NCBI GenBank assembly: GCA_038087875.1 | Contig: CM075988.1 | Location: forward strand, 22,818,001 to 22,882,000 | Length of the DNA stretch: 64,000 nucleotides | DNA from: Malacoraja senta | Taxonomy: Eukaryota | Direction of reading: 5' to 3' | Part shown: positions 12,656-26,134 of the stretch, piece after piece | Numbering within the stretch: the stretch's first letter is position 1 | Layout of the letters: each line of letters starts with the position of its first letter | The notes under the pieces: model-generated | Seen by the model: the letters and a program-made list of their open reading frames with translations, nothing else | What the model was told of the DNA's origin: nothing | The model's database searches: none | Program-made: the position numbers and the translations under genes

Positions 12656-14449
12656 ATCTCTGTTCTCTCTGTCTGTCTGTCTCCCACACTCTCTGTCTCT
12701 GCCTCTCTCTTTGGTCTCTTTCTCAGTCTCTCTGTCTTTGTCTAGTCTCTGTTTCTCCCTCTCTCTCTCTCTCTCCCTCTTTCCCTCTCTCCCTCTTTCC
12801 CTCTCTCCTCTTTCCCTCTCTCCCTCTTTCCCTCCCTCCACCTCTCCCTCCACCTCTCCACTCCCCTACCTCTCTACTCTTTCTCTCGACATTCTCGACC
12901 CTCTTCCCTGACCCTCTCTCTCTCTCTCTCTCTCTCTCTGTGTCTCTCTCTCTGTGTCTCTCTCTCTCTGTGTCTCTCTCTCTGTGTCTCTCTCTCTGTG
13001 TCTCTCTCTCTGTGTCTCTCTCTCTGTGTCTCTCTCTCTGTGTCTCTCTCTGTGTCTCTCTCTCTGTGTCTCTCTCTCTGTGTCTCTCTCTCTGTGTCTC
13101 TCTCTCTGTGTCTCTCTGTGTCTCTCTCTCTCTCTGTGTCTCTCTCTCTCTCTGTGTCTCTCTCTCTCTCTCTGTGTCTCTCTCTCTCTCTGTGTCTCTC
13201 TCTCTCTCTCTCTGTGTCTCTCTCTCTCTCTGTGTCTCTCTCTCTCTCTGTGTCTCTCTCTCTCTCTCTGTGTCTCTCTCTCTCTCTGTGTCTCTCTCTC
13301 TCTCTGTGTCTCTCTCTCTCTCTGTGTCTCTCTCTCTCTCTGTTCTCTCTCTCTCTGTGTCTCTCTCTCTGTCTCTCTCTCTCTGTGTCTCTCTCTCTCT
13401 GTGTCTCTCTCTCTGTGTCTCTCTCTCTGTGTCTCTCTCTCTGTCTCTCTCTCTGTGTCTCTCTCTCTGTGTCTCTCTCCTCTTTGTCTCTCTCTGTGTC
13501 CCTCTGTCTCTCCCTCCCTCTGTCTCTCCCTCCCTCTGTCTCTCCCTCCCTCTGTCTCTCCCTCCCTCTGACTCTCCCTCCCTCCCTCTGTCTCTCCCTC
13601 TCTCTGTGTCGCTCTCTGTGTCGCTCTCTGTGTCCCTCTGTCTCTCCCTCCCTCTGTCTCTCCCTCCCTCTGTCTCTCCCTCCCTCTGTCTCTCCCTCCC
13701 TCTGTCTCTCCCTCCCTCTGTCTCTCCCTCCCTCTGTCTCTCCCTCCCTCTGTCTCTCCCTCCCTCTGTCTCTCCCTCCCTCTGTCTCTCCCTCCCTCTG
13801 TCTCTCCCTCCCTCTGTCTCTCCCTCCTCTGTCTCTCCCTCCCTCTGTCTCTCCCTCCCTCTGTCTCTCCCTCCCTCTGTCTCTCCCTCCCTCTGTCTCT
13901 CCCTCCTCTGTCTCTCCCTCCCTCTGTCTCTCCCTCCCTCTGTCTCTCCCTCCCTCTGTCTCTCCCTCCCTCTGTCTCTCCCTCCCTCTGTCTCTCCCCT
14001 CCCTCTGTCTCTCCCTCCCTCTGTCTCTCCCTCCCCTCTGGCTCTCCCTCCCTCTGGCTCTCCCTCCCTCTGGCTCTCCCTCCCTCTGGCTCTCCCTCCC
14101 TCTGTCCCTCCCTCCCTCTGTCCCTCCCTCCCTCCCTCTGTCCCTCCCTCCCTCTGTCCCTCCCTCCCTCCCTCTGTCCCTCCCTCCCTCTGTTCCCTCC
14201 CTCCCTCTGTCCCTCCCTCTGTCCCTCCCTCCCTCTGTCCCTCCCTCCCTCTGTCCCTCCCTCCGTCCCTCCCTCCGTCCGTCCCTCCCTCCGTCCGTCC
14301 CTCCCTCCGTCCGTCCGTCCCTCCCTCCGTCCGTCCCTCCCTCCGTCCGTCCCTCCTCCGTCCGTCCCTCCTTCCGTCCGTCCTCCCGTCCTCCTTCCGT
14401 CCCTCCCTCCGTCCCTCCGTCTCGTCACTGTCCCTCCCCTCCGTCCCTC
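12656..14449. repeat. About 1.8 kb pyrimidine-rich compound micro/minisatellite
   Basis: (CT)n with GT interruptions, then a 16-nt unit tgtctctccctccctc, then ccgt/ccct units. Confidence 0.98.
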
Positions 14450-14649
14450 NNNNNNNNNNNNNNNNNNNNNNNNNNNNNNNNNNNNNNNNNNNNNNNNNNN
14501 NNNNNNNNNNNNNNNNNNNNNNNNNNNNNNNNNNNNNNNNNNNNNNNNNNNNNNNNNNNNNNNNNNNNNNNNNNNNNNNNNNNNNNNNNNNNNNNNNNNN
14601 NNNNNNNNNNNNNNNNNNNNNNNNNNNNNNNNNNNNNNNNNNNNNNNNN
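14450..14649. other. Assembly gap (200 N)
   Basis: Run of N; the true gap size is unknown. Confidence 0.99.
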
Positions 14650-15619
14650 GCCAAATCTAAATTCTGCTCTTGCCAGGTCTGTTAAAGCACACTGTTGATA
14701 ATATTTCACATACATTTGAATCCCTTAAAATCAGTTTAAGTAATTTCCTCCAAGAAATGTATTGTTTTAAATTATTGATAGAAGCAGATTCAAAGAATAA
14801 TCCTACAAATTGTCTCAATTTCTTCTTTGCAAAATCGGAATGTGTTTGTAACATTTGTAACGTCAGAACAAACAGTGAAGAGCTAAGATAATGATGACTG
14901 CAATGTAATGAACAAAACAGAAAAACACTGTACAATGACCACAGTATACCAATTGTCACAGAATACTGTTTTCTATAATATAGATTTTTAATTTTATATT
15001 TTAAAGATGCATTTTGCTTTATTATACTGTAACAGTAAAATGTTGCATTAGCATATTTTGCCACAAAATAAATATTTACTGTTAAAGTAACTTTAATATT
15101 TTTTTACCATAGAAACTAAGAATTGCTGTTGAGTCTCAAAAAGTAGTGCTATGACCAGTATTAATCATTTGGATGTTTGCTTGAGAAAGTGTTTAAAATA
15201 AGGACTGAATTTAATAGATTTTCTTGATTTACAATGTTTTATGCTCCCATTTCCATCCCCTCTCCTATTTTCATTTGGGTTTTAATGCTGTTGTAAAAGA
15301 ATATTCAGTATTCCACATTTTTAGTTTGATGAAACATAATTTTACGGTCATTACAAATTTTTATTACAAATAATATTTATGATAATGTCACCTCTGTAAT
15401 TGTTGTCCTTTATTTTAATGGGATTAAAACAATATTTTATTGTCCTAATCCCCAAGAAGAATTCACTTGTCAATTGTGAGGTTCTCATAACAGCATTGGT
15501 TCATTGTATGGTGTAGCAAAACTTTGTAGACCAGACACATACTTAAAGTTGTGAACTTAGGAGCCAGCCATTAAAAGGACTTCTAAACGTTCTTACACGT
15601 TTCTATAGTATTACATTCT

Positions 15620-16085
15620 ACCATCTCCCCTGGCAGTGTGTTCCAGGCAATTACTACTCTAGGTGTGAAAAAAATCCTAATCACACATCTCATTTCAACT
15701 TTCACCATCGCGCTTTATAGCTATGCCCTCTGATGTTTAATATTTCCATCCTTGGGCAAATAATTTTGATTATTTATGCCTCTCATAATTGTGTATACTT
15801 CTGCAGGGAACCCCTCAGCCTCCGAAGCTTTAGAGAAAAATAAAACAAGTTTGACCAAAGCTCATCTTTAACTTAAACTCTCTCATCCAGGCAACATCCT
15901 GGTGAACCTCTACTGCTCCCTCTACAAAACCTTCACATCATTCCCATCACGCAGTTAACAAAACTGCACACAGTACTACAAATGTGGCCAGCCAAAGTTT
16001 TATACAGCATGCCTTCATCACATTATACTCAGTGGACTATACGCCTATCTACTTCTGCTGCCACTTTCTGCGAGGTATGGATTGT
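15620..16085 (-). mobile_element. Old CR1-type LINE fragment
   Basis: Degenerate match to other CR1 3' regions (ccaggcaacatcctggtgaacctc...aactgcacacagtactacaaatgtggcc). Confidence 0.65.
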
Positions 16086-16269
16086 ACTCCAAAAGACAAA
16101 CAATAATATTGTATATGGTGCACACTTGGAATGATAGAATAACAGCAATCAAGCTCTTTAGCCCAAAGTGTCTGCAACAACCATCAAATATCTATTTACA
16201 CTAATCTCATTAAAAAAAATCTCCCCACATTGTCATCAACCCCCCCAATTCCACCACTGCAAATTGGGG

Positions 16270-16462
16270 GAAATTTCCAGAAACCCAGAAACCAGTTAAC
16301 CTACTAACTACACGTCATGGGAGGATACTGCAGCACTTGGAGGAAACCCACTTAGTCAGGGGAAAGGATGTGTAAACTGCACACAAACAGCACCAAGGGT
16401 CAGAATTGGATCCAGGTTGCTGAAGCTATACAGCAGCAGTCCTGCTACCTGCACCACTGTGC
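16270..16462 (-). mobile_element. tRNA-derived SINE (HE1/V-SINE type)
   Basis: Reverse-complement similarity to SINE copies at 19229 and 50640 (ggaggaaacccac...aaactgcacacaaacagcacc). Confidence 0.7.
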
Positions 16463-19228
16463 TTCATCCTCTTCTAAATCTAAATTATTTTTGTAAATTC
16501 AGATATTTAAATTCTCTTTCTTAATGAAAAATCTTGCCAATGCAAACAATGAGATTTAAAAAACTAACAAATAAATGTAAATATAGAAGGTTTGATGCAT
16601 TATACTAACTGTGAATGGAATTGAATTGTTGGAGGGAAGCTTAGAAAGCAATATTGTGATAAAGGAATTAAGACGACTCAATGGAGTGCTAGAAATATCG
16701 CCAAAATATGAGTTGAAGAATCTCGAGTGTTTTATTTTCATATATCCCGAAGCGGAACAATGAAATTCATACTTGCAGCAGCACAACAGATAAGTAAACA
16801 TAGTACTCTGTTAAACACCATAAAAACAACAAAAGTTCAGTGTATATAAAAAATAAAAAATATATAGTAAATGCCATCTTTTCACTTGTTCAAATTGAGT
16901 GATATGGTGCACTCTTGTGATATGGTGCACTCTCGTGATATGGCAGAAATGGCGCAAATACAAAGTGGGCACATTCATGCAGTAGTGACGATCAAAAATT
17001 GTGGATTTACTCTCTTGGGAGAGTATTAGTTTGTATGGGAAGTAGTATTCAGTGATACACATCAAGCATAGTTGGGCAACACAGAGAGGACACAATTTAA
17101 TCATAAAACAAACAAAGTAAGAATAAGAATGATTCTTCACCAAAGATTATGTGGGGAAAGAACATTTACACAGATGGTATATTGAAGAACTGAACCGAGT
17201 GACAGGGGAAAGAATAAGAAATACGCTTTTTGGGTTGTGATATCAAGGTTCCAACTGGGTGCAATTCACACTTTTCATCTCACAATCTTTCAGCTTTGTG
17301 GCCTAGAAATTCTTTTATAGTGTTTACTATTCGTGTGCAAAACACTATTGAATTAATCAAAAATATAATCATTAAATTTAATCGGACGCTAAATGTGCCA
17401 GTAATACTTTCTTAAATTAGATGTACGTTAGCTATGCACTCGTCATGGAAATGCCTGCAAACTACTTGCCATGTTCAGTGGAGTCATATACACTGTAAAC
17501 CCCAAATTGTGCAAGATTGTGTGTAGATAAGGCCTGTGAATATGCCTGACCGTTTGGCACAATGTAACCCAGTCCGCCACAACCTTTATACATCCCAATT
17601 CCTGGGCATTTTATTACAATAACATTTTTCAACTTAAAGATGTCAATTAACATTTAATCAAACAAAATTAGTTATAGTAGTATTACTAAGAGTATTGAGA
17701 ACTACCACTTTAAGAGTGCCTATAAGATGGGGGAATTATGTTTCACACTTGACTTTGTGCTTTTTGCATGGTTTCTGTGATACTTATGCATTTTTGCGTG
17801 CAGGGAGATTATTCCCTGAAACTGGCATGAGTTCTTTGTGCAGCATAAGTTTGCCATGTTTTTGAAGTGATTAAAAGTTTCTAGGCATTTGTTTTCCGCC
17901 ACATGCTCCCAAATATATTTGTTTTTCTCAAAATCTGTTGCATAACCGGAAAGATTGTTTTTAACTTAGAACCAAACCACTATTCATCTTATGTCGTGAT
18001 AAATTAAAGTTAGCAAAACAAGGCAAAGAAATATTATGTCTCAGAAATTATCTTTATGAATTCTGTATTGGCAGTTTTAAGACTAAAAATTCTATTGAAA
18101 GTGACTGATAAAGTTCATACTTTCACTGCCTATTACACTGACTATTACACATAGACGGCAGGTATCCACTGATGTGTTAACTTTAGCAAACTGAATCTGG
18201 ATCAGTTTAATCTTTGGTACTTGCCATCATGGTATACTGGATGACTTGGAGTATGTTTTTAACTTTGTTTCCATCTTACTTGATATAAAGGAACTTTCCT
18301 GAATTATAAATCTGTTTATTTCCTGGCATGTTTCGCTTAAAAGACCAAGCTATCTTATTTTTCATGGAAAATGTTGCCTATAAATCCAGATGCATTTAAA
18401 ATTCAAACTGGTGTATTAGTCTCAGGAGATTATGAGATATGTTCCTACCTATATGCCTCCAGTTATGAGTAATTATGTTCATTGGAGCAAGTAAAAGGAA
18501 ACTTGCTAACATCCCTCCTGTTTTAAAAGGTGTTGCAGTGTACAGAGAATTTTATTTTCCACAAACCCTGAAGCATTCCATAACTGCTGCTATAGTGCCT
18601 ATAAATCAAAATTTTGTATTTCCCTTTCTCTTTTGTTCATGCTTAGATCTGTCTGGTGACAAATTGTCATTTTCTTTCTGTTCAAATTCATTCTTTCTCC
18701 TAAAAGTTAAAATTTTCATGCTTTGGTGATATCAGCAAAATGCCTTCAAAATATTATTTTTTCAGACAAAGCATCACAGATTTATAGAAAATGGTTGTCT
18801 AACTATTTGCCAGCATTTCTGTTGAATCCTCAAAATGCCTAAGAATATACTAGTTTTAATAAAAATAAATATTTTATGTAAGTTTGTTTTTAAACCTGAA
18901 CCAGGTACCTGGAATAAACTATCCAATTGTACTTTACAATAATTTTCAGAAATTTTTTTAGGTTTTGATTCTTGAACTTGACTCATTCTCAGAAAAGATC
19001 AGAATGAATTCCCTGATGAGAAGAAAATCAAAGTTAAGATTTCAGGTGCAAAACCTTTATTGAATGGTTTTAGACCTGAAACATTAACTGTTAACTGTTA
19101 AATATTAGTATTAATAGATTTCCAACATCTATAGTTTTGTTGATTTCCATTTAGAATTTGGAAGAGATTTATGTAGTTAATGATCCTCTTGGAGTCGTGA
19201 GCAGAGCATGTGAGAATTCTAGTTAAAA

Positions 19229-19425
19229 GCAGCACAGTGTCACAGCTAATAGAACCACTGCCTCTCAGCTGCAGAGACCCGTCTTCAATCCTAACCTCAG
19301 ATGCTGTTTGCATGGAGTTTGTACATTCTCCCTGTGATGCTGTAGGTTTCCTCTGGGTGCTCCAGTTTACTCCCACATCCCAAAGGCATATGGGTTGCTA
19401 GGTTAATTGGCCACTATAAATTGAG
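19229..19425 (+). mobile_element. tRNA-derived SINE (HE1/V-SINE type)
   Basis: gcagcacagtg head; central tggagtttgtacattctccctgtg...ggtttcctctgggtgctccagtttactcccacatcccaaag. Confidence 0.75.
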
Positions 19426-19429
19426 TTGT

Positions 19430-20145
19430 TGCAAGTGGACTGCGAAAATAGGCCAAAGGCAAGGTCAGTAGATGAGCAATGCAGATATTTAAGCAGCTAT
19501 TGCATGATGCTCAGCAGAAATTTTCTCAAACGGAAGAGGAACTCAGTGAGAAAGTTGAACCATGTGTGTTAACAAAGGAGGTCAAGGGAAATATTAAATC
19601 AAAACTCGAGCATATGAACAATCAAATCTAGTAGTAGACCAGAGAACCAGCAGCAAAAGATTAAAGTTAATGAGGTAAGAGAAATTTGATTTCAAGAGTA
19701 TGATATTTTAGCTACAAAAACACGAAGAAAACTATAGATATATAAAAAGGAATTGGATAGCTAAGGTAGGTGTGGGACCCCATGGGGACTGAGACTGGGA
19801 ATTAATAATGCAAAACATTAAACCAATTTAATCAATAATTTTAAACCAGCACATTAAATCAGTCTTCACAATGGAGGACTCTACAAATATCCCAAGGAAA
19901 ACAGATGGACTATTTTCAAATAGGAAGCAAGAACTCGTAACAATCTGTCAGGGGGAATCAAATATTAGAGGTGATAATGGACGTAAAGGCAGACAGATTG
20001 CCATGCATTCAAGGGTGTTAAAGGAAGTAAATGCAGAAATAATAGAGCCGTTGGTTGAAGATCTTCAAAACTCTAATTTTCAGGAAGGTGCCAGCAGATT
20101 AGTAAACAGCGAATGTGATACCCTTGTTCAAGAAGGTAGGGAGAC
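19430..20145 (+). mobile_element. Old CR1 ORF2 fragment
   Basis: MHSRVLKEVNAEIIEPLV resembles LHPRVLKEVAPEIVDALV in the young CR1. Confidence 0.7.
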
Positions 20146-20152
20146 AACATGA

Positions 20153-20593
20153 TTTAAACCGAAGATAGACACAAAAAGCTGGAGTACTTCAGTGGAACAG
20201 GCAGCATCTCTGGAGAGAAGGAATGGGTGACGTTTCGGGTCGAGCCCCTTCTTCAGACTGGTTAGGGATAAGGGGAAACGAGAGATATAGACGGTGATGT
20301 GGAGAGATAACAAGATGTGGACTAGTATACATCCGGCGAGACCAAACGCAGACTGGGCGATCGGTTTCTCTGAACACCTTTGCTCAGCCCGCGTGAACCA
20401 ACCTGATCTCCCGGTTGCTGGACTCTTTAATTCTCCTTCCCATTCCTACACAGACCTTTCTGTCCTCGATCTCCTCCATTGTCAGAGTGAGGCTAAACGC
20501 AAATTGGAGGAACAGCATCTCATATTTCGCTTGGGCAGTTTACAGCCCAGTGGTATGAATATGAATTTTTCTCACTTCGGGTAGCCCCGGCAT

Positions 20594-20636
<43 letters not shown>

Positions 20637-20890
20637 CTCCCCCACCCAAATCGTACCAGCTTCCCATTTTCACCCTACAAACAGCTTACAATGGCCTGTT
20701 TCTTTTATTATCATTACTTTTTTGCATATCTTTCATTCATTGTTCTTTATCTCTCCACATCACCGTCTATATCTCGTTTCCCTTATCCCTAACCAGTCTG
20801 AAACGTCTCGACCCGAAATGCCACACATTCCTTCTCTCCAGAGATGCTGCCTGTTCCGTTGAATTACTAACAGCTTCTTGTGTCTATCTA
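20153..20890 (+). mobile_element. Penelope-like element (PLE), 5'-truncated, with GIY-YIG endonuclease end and inverted pLTR copies
   Basis: 20327-20584 encodes, with frameshifts, YI.ETKRRLGDRF.EHL...RKLEEQHLIFRLGSLQPSGMN. 20153-20310 is an inverted copy of 20747-20889. Possible TSD aacatgat. Confidence 0.88.
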
Positions 20891-20895
20891 TGATA

Positions 20896-21715
20896 AACAT
20901 GATATCCTCTGCCATTTCTGACAGCTCCAATGTGATCCCACCACCCGTTGCACTCTCCCCCTCACCTTTCTGCAGGGAACTATCTCCATGATCATAGTTC
21001 GCTCATCCCTCCCCATCCATCCTTCCCTTCCCGGTACTTACCCTTGAAATCCATTGGAGTGCAACAGCTATTCCTTCACCTCCTCCCTTACCATCATTCG
21101 GGACCTAAACGGTCTTTCCTGCACCTCTTCCAACCTGGTCTACTGCATTCACACTGCACTCAATGTGGCCGACTCTGCTTTGGTGAAACCAAGCATAGCC
21201 AAGATGACCATTTTGTAGAGTACTGCGCTGTCTTCAAAATCCATCTTCAGCTTCCAGTTGGCTTGCATTTTAACACTTCTTCCCACTCCTACACCGACCT
21301 GCCTGTCCTCACCCTTCTCCGTTGCTGCAGAGAGTCCAAACGCAAATCGGAAGAACAACATCTTTCCATTGGATAGCTTACAACCCAATGGCTTGAACAT
21401 CGAATTTTCCAATGCCAGGTAGCACACACCCCAGTGTTCATCCTCCACATACATACTCACCTAGTGTTTCTTTTCTCCCTTTGTTTCTTTCTGCCATTCT
21501 CCCCTCTACCCAGTTGCATACCCACCTCATCTGGATCCATCAATAACCTACCAGCCTGTACCCACCCTCTTCTCGTGCAAGCAATCTTTCTTAGTCTTGA
21601 AGCAGGGTCTCGCTCTGAAAGGTTGACATGCACCTTTTTGCCTCCACAGATTTTGCTTGAGCTGCTCAGTTCTTCCAGCATTATGTTTTGTTGTTCCAGA
21701 TACCAGCATCTGCCA
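20896..21715 (+). mobile_element. Older PLE 3' fragment (GIY-YIG) with degenerate pLTR
   Basis: SSNLVYCI..CTQCGRLCFGETK...PVGLHFNTSSHS...RKSEEQHL...LQPNGLNIEFS. Confidence 0.85.
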
Positions 21716-22271
21716 TTTCTTTTGTCTTTATTTATTTCCTCTTCATCCATGTGCGAGAGACTCATAAAAAAAAATATATATATATATTAACATTTTTGCA
21801 GAGCTCTGAGTGTATATTCATGTGTTACATTTGTAGGCCTACATTCCTGAACCACCAAAGCTTTGTAATTTTGAAATCAATAGAAGTGTTATTTATTTAA
21901 ATCCAAGTTGTTTGGTTCTCATTATTTGTAATCATGAAATTTGCAATTAAGACTGCAGAGTTTTTCTATTAACAAGTCATTACTCTGCATGAATAAACAT
22001 TGGGCCAGTTGGTATTACATAATCAAAAAATTAAACCATGTATTTAGGGAAATGGACTCAGGAAATGTAAACATAATTAATTACAATTCTCAACTGCTCA
22101 ACTCTTGTGTTTACTGTTGGTGCTTCCTGACTTTTCTTGAGTGCACCCATTCAATGGATTCATTTTGATCACTTCATTTTTTGTGACAAATCATGTATTT
22201 TTAAAATGTGAAAGTGTATACCCATAATGGACTGCAACAAGAATGAAAAATTGTTTTTTTTTTTAAACAAT

Positions 22272-22640
22272 TACATAGAACATAGAACAAACAGTGCAGC
22301 ACAGCCCACAATGCCTGTGCCGAACATGATGCCAAGTTAGACTGTTCTCATCTTCCTGTACATGATCCATTCCCTCTATTCCCTGCATTTCCATGTGCCT
22401 ATCTAAAAGCCTCTTAAATGTCACTATAGTATCTGCCTGTACCATCACCCTTGGAAATGTTTTCCAGGTCCCCACAACTCTGTGTTAAAAACACTTGCCC
22501 TGCACATCTCCATTAAACTTTCCCCGTCACACATTATAGCTATGCCCTCTTGTGTTGGACATTGCCACCCTGGGAAAAAGGTTCTGACTGTCTGCCCTTT
22601 CTATGCCTTTCATCATTTTATATACTTCTGACAAATCTCC
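22272..22640 (-). mobile_element. CR1-type LINE 3' fragment
   Basis: catagaac tail; TFKRLLDRHMEMQGIEG in ORF 22263-22475. Confidence 0.75.
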
Positions 22641-23327
22641 CTCATTTTGTTGTTGGAGAAACGGTTGCAAGCTTTTTGGGGTTCAATTACCGTTACAAAA
22701 TAATGTACCACATTTATTGCTAGATGTCCAGATGAACATTACACAGATTTTATCTGCTTAAACTACTGTGTGTCATGAATTTTACTTCACAATTACAGAA
22801 GCATAATACTCCTGAAGATTCTCAGCAGGTCAAATTACCATCTGTGAAGAGAGAATAAGAGTTAATATTTCAAATTTCCGACCAATTCATCAGCTATGAT
22901 TGTCTCTCTTCACAGATGCTATCAAATATTTCCTACATGTGTCACAGTTTCTGGGAGTAGGACTTTAAAGCTAGAAATGCAAATAATAAATAGATGTATC
23001 CTTTGAGATTGCAATTCATGTGAAATAATAAAAATCAGCATTTTTAATTTATATTAAATATCTAATATATGTTAATATTTTTGCAAAAATGTTTCTGTAA
23101 ATGAATATCCATAGTAAAATTGGACAAAAGAATTAGACAAAACTCCAAAACATTTGCTCATTTATTATTACGTGACAATTTATTATTAGATTATTAGATT
23201 TATAGCAATTCTGTTGAGAAAGTAACATTAAAAGATGTTTATTGATTAGCTTTTGACAATAGGCTAGTTAAAGGGGTTAAATATTGTGTGATTGTTGCAT
23301 AGATGAATAGTTTGATTCAGTTACACA

Positions 23328-23362
23328 GCACACGCACGCACACACGCACACACGCACACACG

Positions 23363-23393
<31 letters not shown>

Positions 23394-23397
23394 ACAC
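23328..23397. repeat. (CA)n/(CACG)n microsatellite
   Basis: Read directly from the sequence. Confidence 0.95.
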
Positions 23398-25041
23398 AAA
23401 TCCATGGCGTACATGCACATGACATGCTTTACTTAACGTAATGAACTTTTGTAAATGTTGACCTTTGTTAGAAGACAATTGTTTAATGTAAATGATTAGT
23501 GCGGGGAACACAGGAAATTAATGGAAGGGAAAGAGCGGAAGATAACATGTAAGTTCTGGAGACCAAATTGATGTTTGGTTTGATTATCATGTGAAGAGTC
23601 CACAGATTGAGTAATTGGCAGAATAGCTTTTAACTATATATGCATCGATTTTGCCAATAACAATACATCTTAAGTGAACTGGCATAAATACAATGCAAAG
23701 ATAGTCTCGTTGACAGAAATTTCTGTCCACTATATAGAGGAATTTAGCAGATTAACTGAAAATATATAAATAATTGATGTAGCAAAGCAAAATTTGTGCT
23801 GTAATTTTGTCCTATTATTAAGTGAGATGGGGGAGGGAGGCATCAATGGGACTTTGTAATTGTGATTATCTAGGTTGAATGCTTTGAAATTCATCTTTGC
23901 GCTAAGTAGAGTAGGCACTTTAATATAGGAAGATTGGTGGAAAGTTTATGTTAGTTAACGTTTTGCAGATTTTGCATTTGCAAAGGTATTGACGTAATAG
24001 GTGAATGAAATTATGAATGGTATCTTACTATGAGTGGACACCAAGTTGTGCTCTACTGCTACCTCCCCAGGGCAGCGCTATATCATTCTCTTCCTTGGTG
24101 AAGTGCCATGATGCCCACAAGTATTGGTGCCATAACGGAAAGTGATCTGAGATAGTGTGGCAGAAATCTGATCTTCCACTGCTGTCTTTAGGTATTCAGT
24201 GGCTTCAACTTGTGATGAAGTTAGTGGAGACATCAGCATCAAGTGATGTATAACAATAATTGGTTGGCATGCATTGTAATAGTGTTGGTTACTGCTTCCA
24301 TGTTGGAAAGGATTGTTGTCATTACACACATTCCTGAGTGATGTTGGAGCTGTACTCCGCTTGCTCTTTGTTAGGATGTTTTAATGTGGAAGAGAATAGA
24401 AAGGCTGATCTGTTTTCCCTGGTGCTGAGAAGATTAAGAGGGGACATGATTGTGATAATTTTATAACATTATTATGAGGAATATTGATAGGGTAGACTGC
24501 AGCAAACTATTCGCATTATCAGAGGTATACCAAGGTTCACCAGAACACATAGACAATGAATATGGCTCTGCAGAAATGCAAAATTCCACATTATCAGATC
24601 TCTTTTGCGATTGTAAACTGCTTTCAGAATTGCTGACCATCAACTCGTCTACTCTTGGGTTTTCTGACCTTCCTCTTCGCCACACCTTGGCCTTTCCACA
24701 CAATCCCAGACCCGATGCTAGCCTGTTTCTGCAGCAGTTTTTGCAGAACAAGCCAATTGTACCGATGAATTGGTGCAATGAATTGCAGGGATTTGCATTA
24801 ATGGACTTTTCCACAAAACCAGTACAATGAAATCATATGAATTTAATTTACTACAAAGACTGTAACATTTTAAGATCACAATTTTTTTTAAATCTTTGGA
24901 GTCTAGATTAACCAAATGTTCTTGTGCTGTTTTTGATTAATTGCTGTTGATGTGATTTTCTTTACATCTGTAGTATGATTATTTAAGGAGAATGGGGGAA
25001 ATAAATGCAGTTAATTGTGTGGACAGGGTTCATACAAAGAT

Positions 25042-25226
25042 GCTATATTTAAGAGGGAATTAGATGTGGCCCTTGTGGCTAAAGGGATCAGGGGGTATGG
25101 AGAGAAGGCAGGTACGGGATACTGAGTTGGATGATCAGCCATGATCGTATTGAATGGCGGTGCAGGCTCGAAGGGCCGAATGGCCTACTCCTGCACCTAT
25201 TTTCTATGTATCTATGTATCTATGTA
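25042..25226 (+). mobile_element. Very young CR1 3' end with (TATCTATG)n tail
   Basis: Reverse complement of 29464-29640, with no differences seen. Confidence 0.93.
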
Positions 25227-26004
25227 TGCTGCCCGATCATATGATTTCCTCCAGCAGTTTGTTTTTTGTTCAGGATTCCAGCATCTGCAGTCACTTGCAT
25301 CTCGAGTGTGCATTATCTGTGTTGGTGAGCCAGATGGAGGTCAAAAATTGCATCATTTCATTTTAATTTTGTTTCCCTTGGCAACTTGCGTTAGAACTGA
25401 TTGTCTTGGGAATTGAAGGAACACATTTGATTTTATCACATTTGTATTCCAGTGTGCTGCTGATAATATTAAATTTTTATGCAGGCTGTGCATTGTAGCC
25501 CTCAAAGGATTTGTGTGGGCTGTTCATTTAATGATCTTGAAACATTAAGGCTGTTAGCTGTAAGAGCTCACATGTCACACATGTGTTTGGTGTATAGTGC
25601 AAATTCAATTGGAGAATTCTGCTAAATGATCACAGATGAGACCGATTTGTCAGCGTGCTAAAATGCAAGAGGAACAGTTTGTGTCAGTTTAATTATCAGT
25701 CAAGTGTGAAAATGAATTGAGGAACATTGCAGGCTACTGCTCTCAGGTTATGGAAATTCACCCTTATGGAATTATCAAATCACTACTCAAAAATGTGAAA
25801 TCTATCTATAACTAAAACTCTCTCTGGTTAGTTTTCCTATTTTCTTCCAAACGCTAGGCCACAGCCTTCCCGTTTTAAACCATCCTAATGACATTTTCCC
25901 CCTCGATGAGATAAACACCTTCCCGTCGCATTCCAACCTCTATTTCCAAAGTTTTTTGTTTTAATCGTTTAAAGTTTTAAAAACACCAAACACCCATTTT
26001 CCGA

Positions 26005-26134
26005 CCGAGTGACGTCACAATGCACTCTCCAGCGCTCCAACGGCACTCCAGATTTTCCCGGGAGGGAGGGGCACTTCACCGCTCCGACGACAGTTTGCAA
26101 AGACGGGCCACTCCGGCCGAGTGACGTCACAATG
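26005..26134. promoter_or_regulatory. Two palindromic CRE motifs (TGACGTCA at 26010-26017 and 26122-26129) in a CpG-rich segment
   Basis: 18-bp direct repeat ccgagtgacgtcacaatg; function unproven. Confidence 0.35.

Noticed and set aside
12635..14715. Long ORFs of 205-643 aa (RE-, SL- and PS-rich)
   Set aside because: Artefacts of a stop-free microsatellite and N run.
25741..25800. cag|gttatggaa as the upstream SIK3 'VMET...' exon
   Set aside because: Translation diverges after VME and the position is out of order; that exon was not found and is presumably upstream of the window.
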